Positions 58,553-64,000 of a DNA stretch of 64,000 bases are shown in pieces (the stretch's first letter is position 1; each line of letters opens with the position of its first letter). A program made the translations under genes and the position numbers. Under the pieces are notes generated by a model that was not told where the DNA came from, did not search any database, and saw only the letters and a program-made list of their open reading frames with translations. Source of the DNA: Escherichia phage JLBYU40. The stretch is from the sequence record NC_105514.1, one strand, 5' to 3'.

Positions 58553-58989
58553 TATAAGAACCTTGCGAATCCTGATTTTGTTTCAGTCTTGACTTGTGTC
58601 TTTTCTTGAGGATTCTGTAATTTGTCTTTCTGCTTTTGAACCCACACTTTTTGCTTATTAGCAGAAAATAAAGGAGGTTCTTTTGTGTAAACCTTATGTA
58701 ATAATTGGTGATGGGGTACACAAAGGGTAACAGTGTCTTCTACTAGCTCATGCCTATATCGATCATAGAATGCCGTCCTATTTGAAAGGACTGTTTCTTC
58801 GTCAGTGAAATCCAATTGGAGTTCTTTAGCAAATTTTTTAACTAGTAGAGACACCGTATGGTAATGATGAAGCTCTAATTCTTCAGCACAACCGCAGATA
58901 GCACATTGAGAGTCTTTTTTATATTGACTTTTTATTCCGTCTCTCATAAGGGATATAGCATCGCGTTTATATTTTATATTGCTTGCCAT
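58552..58989 (-). CDS. HNH endonuclease (zinc-finger type) in the packaging module
   Basis: CAICGC...LELHHYH...LCVPHHQLLH; start at ATG 58989 after GAGGAG. Confidence 0.7.
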   Translation of the reverse strand: MASNIKYKRDAISLMRDGIKSQYKKDSQCAICGCAEELELHHYHTVSLLVKKFAKELQLDFTDEETVLSNRTAFYDRYRHELVEDTVTLCVPHHQLLHKVYTKEPPLFSANKQKVWVQKQKDKLQNPQEKTQVKTETKSGFARFL

Positions 58990-59103
58990 AGTGTTCTCCT
59001 CAACTGTATGAATATAGTATACATAATCGTATCGAATTTGTAAAGGGGATTTTAAAATACAGGAATGGGATACCAACTGAGTAGTATCCCATCCTATACT
59101 TAT

Positions 59104-60420
59104 TTATTTACCACGGGAAATAGAGTAAATTCCATAGCGGAGCGCATCACAAAGGTGAGAGTTAGCATCATGACGTGGTTTTTCACGTGATAATTTCTCT
59201 TCACCTTCTTGGAAGTCCCACTTATAGTTCTGCAATGCATGGATTAATGAGGAACATGAAGCATCTACAATAATCTTGCCCTGCTGGAATAGCGCTTGCA
59301 AGCATGCTAGACCATCTAGGACAGATTTTTTAGCTGGAGCCGATGCAATTTCATGCTCATAAGCTAAGTCCTGGCGGAACTGAGCTGCTGCAGAGTCAAC
59401 AAAAATACGATCAACTTTATAACGATCTATACAGTGCTGAATATAAGCAGCATGCTGAGCTGTAGTTTTCTCCGCCTGCTGGTACTCTTCTAATACGTAG
59501 TAAGTATCCGTATCGTAATGATACTTAATAGTAAGAACTGCTGTAGGATCACGATAACCAACGTCAATACCAAGCAACGTTTCGAATGCTTCATCATCTT
59601 TAAAGAAGTGACGCATACCTTTGAGATCTTTAACATGATCGATAGCATTAAAGGTATCAAATATCTGTCCTTCAAATACAGAGAAGTCAGCCTCGTATTC
59701 TTGGCGGAAATAGTTTTTACTAACTGTACGACGTGCTTCCTCAATATCATTCAAGTCGGCACGTGGGTTATCACGATATGTACCATGAATAGATACCCAG
59801 TTAGGCAACGTATCATCAAATCCGTAGGCGTAAAACTCTTTAAACCAGTTACCTCCACGAGGGGTAGAAATAAATAGAGCCTTAGAATTAGGTTTATCTA
59901 GAGTAGGACGCAGCTGAACCCTGAAGGCATCACCACCCACATCAGAAATTGCCGCCTCGTCAAAAATGATAAAGTCATATGAACGTCCAACCGCGGAGTC
60001 AGCCTGAGCCGCGGAAGCTAGTTTAAATAGAGAACCATTAGCTAACTCAATCTCTTTATCTTTAGCGTTTTCACGTTCGGTTTGTAGGCCGTACTTCTTA
60101 ATAAGGCCACGAATCTGAGACCATCCGATATTGGCCAGTGAGTAGTTAGGGGCAACTACTAGTACCTTCACATTAGGTTCCAGCAATTTTAGGAACCCAA
60201 GTGTATACGCTATAAAAGATTTACCTACACGACGTGATACACACGCCGTTACAAAACGGTGTCTAGGGTCTTCTAGGGCATTAATAATTGCTATTTGAGG
60301 GCCATTAGGCGTGATACCCTCTTGTGCTAGTATTCCGGAAACAGGTAGACGAAAGAAACGTTTGTCTATTCCGAAATCAATAACATCTACTGTGTTAACA
60401 TAGGGTCTTGACACTTCCAT
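59104..60420 (-). CDS. Terminase large subunit
   Basis: Walker A VSRRVGKS, Walker B FIIFDEAA, nuclease motif GIDVG. Confidence 0.9.
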   Translation of the reverse strand: MEVSRPYVNTVDVIDFGIDKRFFRLPVSGILAQEGITPNGPQIAIINALEDPRHRFVTACVSRRVGKSFIAYTLGFLKLLEPNVKVLVVAPNYSLANIGWSQIRGLIKKYGLQTERENAKDKEIELANGSLFKLASAAQADSAVGRSYDFIIFDEAAISDVGGDAFRVQLRPTLDKPNSKALFISTPRGGNWFKEFYAYGFDDTLPNWVSIHGTYRDNPRADLNDIEEARRTVSKNYFRQEYEADFSVFEGQIFDTFNAIDHVKDLKGMRHFFKDDEAFETLLGIDVGYRDPTAVLTIKYHYDTDTYYVLEEYQQAEKTTAQHAAYIQHCIDRYKVDRIFVDSAAAQFRQDLAYEHEIASAPAKKSVLDGLACLQALFQQGKIIVDASCSSLIHALQNYKWDFQEGEEKLSREKPRHDANSHLCDALRYGIYSISRGK

Positions 60421-60902
60421 TACTTCTTACCTCCAGTAGCTAGGGAAGTAATTAAGTCCATGTAGTTTTGATCCCCAGCTCCAGCAATAATGTTATTCTG
60501 GATATTAGTCTGATTAGCGGGAGCACGGACAGCAGCTTTAGCTTTCTCTAACTCTACCATCATCTTCATTTCTTCCATCTTCATTTTGTGTGCCTTCCAG
60601 AGAATATCCATAATATCTTGGTCAGAACCCATGCCAGTTTCTTCTAGCTCTTCTAGCTTACGCTTAATAACTTCATCTAGAACACCAAATAAACGATCTC
60701 TATTACGGAATCCACTCTCCATAAAAATATCATTTAAGTAGTTTTTAACTTCGCTACGATTCATAATATCTCGGAAAGCAATTTCAGACATTCCAAGACT
60801 ACGTGCTGCGGCAGGGACATCACTACCGCATTGCAGATACGCTTCAATCACATCCATCCCTTCAGGGGACATAAGATCTGGTACTAATACATCATTTGCC
60901 AT
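60420..60902 (-). CDS. Terminase small subunit (putative)
   Basis: 160 aa with HTH-like [16 protein letters not shown] and coiled-coil C-terminus; immediately upstream of the large subunit. Confidence 0.55.
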   Translation of the reverse strand: MANDVLVPDLMSPEGMDVIEAYLQCGSDVPAAARSLGMSEIAFRDIMNRSEVKNYLNDIFMESGFRNRDRLFGVLDEVIKRKLEELEETGMGSDQDIMDILWKAHKMKMEEMKMMVELEKAKAAVRAPANQTNIQNNIIAGAGDQNYMDLITSLATGGKK

Positions 60903-60912
60903 ATTTCCTCCT

Positions 60913-62670
60913 TTAGGTAAGGCGTTGAACTGTTACTCTTAATCTAGGCAGGAAAACTGCGCTACCCAAACTCACGTGCATAACTACTCCTAACTCTACG
61001 TTTCCGTTTCCTAGATTTTTAACAGTATATATAAAACTGTTTCTACTTAGAGCATTATTAGGCGTGTATCTAAAAGCAGATGTAGTATGAAAAGGTACTA
61101 GATAGCCCACAGGTAGCGTTAAAATTTGGTGGAATATTGCATCCCCTCCGCTATAGTTATATGCTCTTCTTCCTTGCACTTGAAACACCCCATTATTCCA
61201 TGTATTAGCTGGAACACCCGCACAATTAAGATTACCTGATATAACTTCAGTAGTAAGAATTACTGTAGCATTTCCGCCTGGTATACCTAGCCCAATAGTT
61301 GATAAACCAACGTATCTATCACCCGTTCCTGGGTAGCTAGGAGTAATATCATCTCCCATATAAGAACTACCTACATTTCCACCAAAAAGTCGCAGTGGAA
61401 CTGCTGATGGTCCCCAAACAACCCCATGCTCATTACCAATAGTATTATCGTTAGAGTTTACATACCACTGTTTACCTACTCCGAACTTATAAATGCTAAT
61501 CTGTGATTTAGCTCCACCATAGTCTACAGGAGACCATAATCCTCCATTACTAGACCCTACAAGTTCACACCTTGCAGTAGTATCCCCAAAAACTCCAGTG
61601 TACGCTGCGTTATTTCCGATGAATTCCATATCAGGACGATAACCTAAGTTACCAAAAGCATTCTGATTAATAAATTTATACCCGGTATTAGGGAGACTTA
61701 CCCCTTTAATTATGAAATTAGAAGGAGATATAAGAATATCAGAACCAGTAAAGGGATTACCTGAAATACTCATTACACCATTCGAATACCTTAAATTAAG
61801 AACATACCAAATAACCTTAGTAGGAGTTATATTATACCAATCCTGTAGTATTGTAGAGTCACCCGACTGGTTAGCTAGATTAGTAGTAGATCCCCTACAA
61901 ACAAATCTGTTCCCGCCGTCGTGGTACATAGTATTTACATTACCTGGGAGCCCTTGTCTAACTCCACCATATCCACGTATATTAGAATTGCAGACATAAA
62001 ACCAATCATGCCCTCTATGTGCTGCTCCTAGGGGCGACATCCATCCAGGATCCCAATAGTACGGGTTATTGCCATCTACAGGTACTGTGCTACTATTAGT
62101 AGGAAAACCTAATTGTGCAAAGGCTTCTGCAACAGTAACACCTACAGGAGCTCCCGCACCGGGCCTAACTATACCGTGGTAGGTACTATGTAACGTAGTA
62201 CCACCTGTGCCACTCCTAGAGATAGATTCTTCGTGCCCTATCGAGGGGTTATAATTATAAGTTCCAGATGCGAGGCTGTTACCAAATGCAAATCCACTGG
62301 TTTGAGAAACACTAGCAAAAGATCTAAAGGGATCAGCTTGAGTGGCAACTATAGTTTGACCAACTTTACTCTGAGTACCATTAAGAAAAGCTCTGTGAGT
62401 ACCATTAATTTCAATAGCAGTTAGTATAACTCTACCTGGGTCGTTGGATTTAATATTTATTATGTCAGAGGGCATCTGACATACAAAAAACCCATTCCCG
62501 GCATCACCTAATCCTGCCTCATAAGTACCATCAACTAGGACAAATGGCATATCACTATGAAAAATACTGTTGGCATTTGGACTATAGTGACGATTAATGT
62601 CACCCCCAGATTCAGTATTTAAAGATAGTACGGTCTTACCATCGCTATACTTTCCAGCGAAAAAACCCAT
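60913..62670 (-). CDS. Receptor-binding tail protein (pb5-like)
   Basis: 585 aa; divergent from the Llp-like lipoprotein gene, as in T5-like phages. Confidence 0.6.
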   Translation of the reverse strand: MGFFAGKYSDGKTVLSLNTESGGDINRHYSPNANSIFHSDMPFVLVDGTYEAGLGDAGNGFFVCQMPSDIINIKSNDPGRVILTAIEINGTHRAFLNGTQSKVGQTIVATQADPFRSFASVSQTSGFAFGNSLASGTYNYNPSIGHEESISRSGTGGTTLHSTYHGIVRPGAGAPVGVTVAEAFAQLGFPTNSSTVPVDGNNPYYWDPGWMSPLGAAHRGHDWFYVCNSNIRGYGGVRQGLPGNVNTMYHDGGNRFVCRGSTTNLANQSGDSTILQDWYNITPTKVIWYVLNLRYSNGVMSISGNPFTGSDILISPSNFIIKGVSLPNTGYKFINQNAFGNLGYRPDMEFIGNNAAYTGVFGDTTARCELVGSSNGGLWSPVDYGGAKSQISIYKFGVGKQWYVNSNDNTIGNEHGVVWGPSAVPLRLFGGNVGSSYMGDDITPSYPGTGDRYVGLSTIGLGIPGGNATVILTTEVISGNLNCAGVPANTWNNGVFQVQGRRAYNYSGGDAIFHQILTLPVGYLVPFHTTSAFRYTPNNALSRNSFIYTVKNLGNGNVELGVVMHVSLGSAVFLPRLRVTVQRLT

Positions 62671-62695
62671 ATAATCTCCTATTATAAAAATGTAT

Positions 62696-62724
62696 TTGCT
62701 TTCATCCCTCTATTTTGCTATAAT
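62696..62724 (+). promoter_or_regulatory. Early-type promoter TTGCTT-N17-TATAAT for llp
   Basis: tatttgctttcatccctctattttgctataat. Confidence 0.7.
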
Positions 62725-62755
62725 ATATTCATAAAATAGAAATGGAGAGATAAAT

Positions 62756-63022
62756 ATGAAAAAGTTTGTAATTGCACTAGTTGCCACAGTTATGTTATCT
62801 GGTTGTGCACCTGCTCCCAAACCATTTTGTACGGGATTTGTAAAATCTTTTGGTGGTGCGGGAGAAGAACATTACGGTCTCAAGGTTCAAAAAGTTCGTA
62901 TTAAGGGAGATCGCTTTCCAGTAGTACAGCTCCGTACTAAGTTTGGGTGGTGGGATCTCAGTCAGTTTGACCTTAAATATGGTGATTGTAAATTTAAACT
63001 AGAGCAATCTAATTACTTGTAA
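62756..63022 (+). CDS. llp: Llp-like lipoprotein (receptor-blocking superinfection exclusion)
   Basis: Signal peptide plus lipobox LSGC (MKKFVIALVATVMLSGC), small Cys-containing mature domain, divergent from the receptor-binding gene. Confidence 0.65.
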   Translation: MKKFVIALVATVMLSGCAPAPKPFCTGFVKSFGGAGEEHYGLKVQKVRIKGDRFPVVQLRTKFGWWDLSQFDLKYGDCKFKLEQSNYL

Positions 63023-63198
63023 TTAGTATAAAGCAAAAAGACATCCAAGTAAACTAAATTTTTTATTTCTTGGACGGTATACTGGCAGAAAACACTATAT
63101 AAGAAAAGTAGAAGTCCTTCTAGGAGTTCACGGGCATGTTTGGTTATGCCCAAATTATAAAATATTTCAAAAATCACATTTATAGGAGCATGAAAGAT

Positions 63199-63327
63199 AT
63201 GTCAAACAAAAGAAAGAGCAGACGCGGAGAGGTGTATGATAGCTGGATTAATAGTTTTGGGTTCGGAACTATCCTATTCTTTATTTTCGTAGGTTTTTGG
63301 TTAGCAGCTATGGCGGGGTGGATTTAA
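63199..63327 (+). CDS. Small single-pass membrane protein (42 aa)
   Basis: Basic N-terminus then TM helix FGFGTILFFIFVGFWLAAMAGWI; ATG 63199 after AGGAG. Confidence 0.35.
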   Translation: MSNKRKSRRGEVYDSWINSFGFGTILFFIFVGFWLAAMAGWI

Positions 63328-63434
63328 TGGAATGGGTAATTATTGCATTACTAGGGATTGTGATTATCGGGCAATGTATTTTAGATAATCACTTAGCTAG
63401 AATTGAAACTTTATTACTGGAGAAGCGTAAATGA
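63327..63434 (+). CDS. Small single-pass membrane protein (35 aa; not in the ORF track)
   Basis: MEWVIIALLGIVIIGQCILDNHLARIETLLLEKRK; TAATG coupling to the previous ORF. Confidence 0.3.
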   Translation: MEWVIIALLGIVIIGQCILDNHLARIETLLLEKRK

Positions 63435-63625
63435 TGGAAGTAGTAGCTACATTAATAATAATACTAGTCTGGGCAACTTTCATTGTTTCTTATAACGCGT
63501 ATGTTCGCCTAAAAACTCTAGAAGCCCGGGTAAAACAACAACAATTTGCCATAGAAAAACTAGTAGAATTGCAACGTTGTGATAGTACCCGTATTCTGCA
63601 AATTGAGAGGGAATTAGATGTTTAG
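63431..63625 (+). CDS. Small membrane protein with coiled-coil tail (64 aa)
   Basis: TM helix VVATLIIILVWATFIV then heptad-like region; start overlaps the previous stop (TGATG). Confidence 0.4.
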   Translation: MMEVVATLIIILVWATFIVSYNAYVRLKTLEARVKQQQFAIEKLVELQRCDSTRILQIERELDV

Positions 63626-63863
63626 TATTATAGTTGCTTTTATTATCGGGGTAACCGCGGGAGTTTTCGGGACAACTGCGGCAATTAACAAGCATCGGGA
63701 ATATATCGCGGGGGTGACGCGGGAGATTGCGGAAAGGGAGCGGAAGTTTGACGAGAAACGTGCGGAGTTTGAGCGGGAGTGGTCGGATGGATCTCGGGCG
63801 TCGCGGAAGAGATTCCGTGAGTTCAGGCCAGAACACAGGTTTGATGACCCTTCTATGCGCTAA
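63618..63863 (+). CDS. Small membrane protein with Arg/Glu-rich tail (81 aa); 3' two-thirds GC-rich
   Basis: TM helix FSIIVAFIIGVTAGVFGTTAAI; codon usage switches to CGG/GCG/ACG-rich after about 63650. Confidence 0.35.
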   Translation: MFSIIVAFIIGVTAGVFGTTAAINKHREYIAGVTREIAERERKFDEKRAEFEREWSDGSRASRKRFREFRPEHRFDDPSMR

Positions 63864-64000
63864 TTTGACTTTTGCCAATTTCTTTGGATTACGTACGCGT
63901 GGGTGTGTCCAGTGGCCTCTCAGATGAGAATGAGTCTCATTACCGCCCGGTACTTAGCAGGCTAATAGTCACGGCATGTTATCATTACACACCGTGACTA

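Noticed and set aside
63480-63927. 132-aa minus-strand and 66-aa plus-strand ORFs in the GC-rich right edge
   Set aside because: Arg/Pro-rich translations typical of GC-rich out-of-frame or antisense sequence, overlapping the more plausible membrane-protein ORFs; none assigned with confidence.
1-64000. CRISPR arrays, integrase/attachment sites, rRNA
   Set aside because: No regularly spaced direct repeats and no integrase or recombinase motifs in any ORF; gene content is that of a strictly lytic phage.

Overview
This 64-kb window reads as a contiguous piece of a T5-like (Demerecviridae) virulent coliphage genome; I see no bacterial chromosome, CRISPR array, tRNA or rRNA. Positions 1-6995 (minus strand) carry nucleotide-metabolism genes: RNase H, thymidylate synthase, DHFR, class Ia RNR beta and alpha, PhoH. 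Positions 7339-35516 (plus strand) are an early/replication module: anaerobic RNR NrdD, a Sir2-like/HAD operon, HNH endonucleases, an AEP-primase/helicase fusion, a split NAD-ligase, DnaB-like helicase, DnaG-like primase, Pol I-family DNA polymerase, SF2 helicase, SSB-like protein, SbcD/SbcC, flap endonuclease and dUTPase. Positions 35573-62670 (minus strand) are the late structural module: a split lateral tail fibre, baseplate, tape measure, tail tube, neck, capsid, protease, decoration, portal, terminase and receptor-binding protein, with a divergent Llp-like lipoprotein gene. Many canonical sigma70-type promoters (TTGCTT/TTGACA-N17-TATAAT) and intrinsic terminators are readable directly. 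Most of the window is canonical. The candidates for something undescribed are: an HNH cassette plus GC-rich structured non-coding block flanked by 9-bp direct repeats upstream of the primase-helicase gene; a zinc-ribbon-less Sir2-like/HAD/paralogue operon; a three-gene split tail-fibre locus; conserved terminator-start cassettes in the late operon; and a four-gene operon of small single-pass membrane proteins next to llp that runs into a GC-rich repeat block at the window edge. All functional calls come from motif reading, size and synteny, without any database search, so they should be taken as hypotheses.
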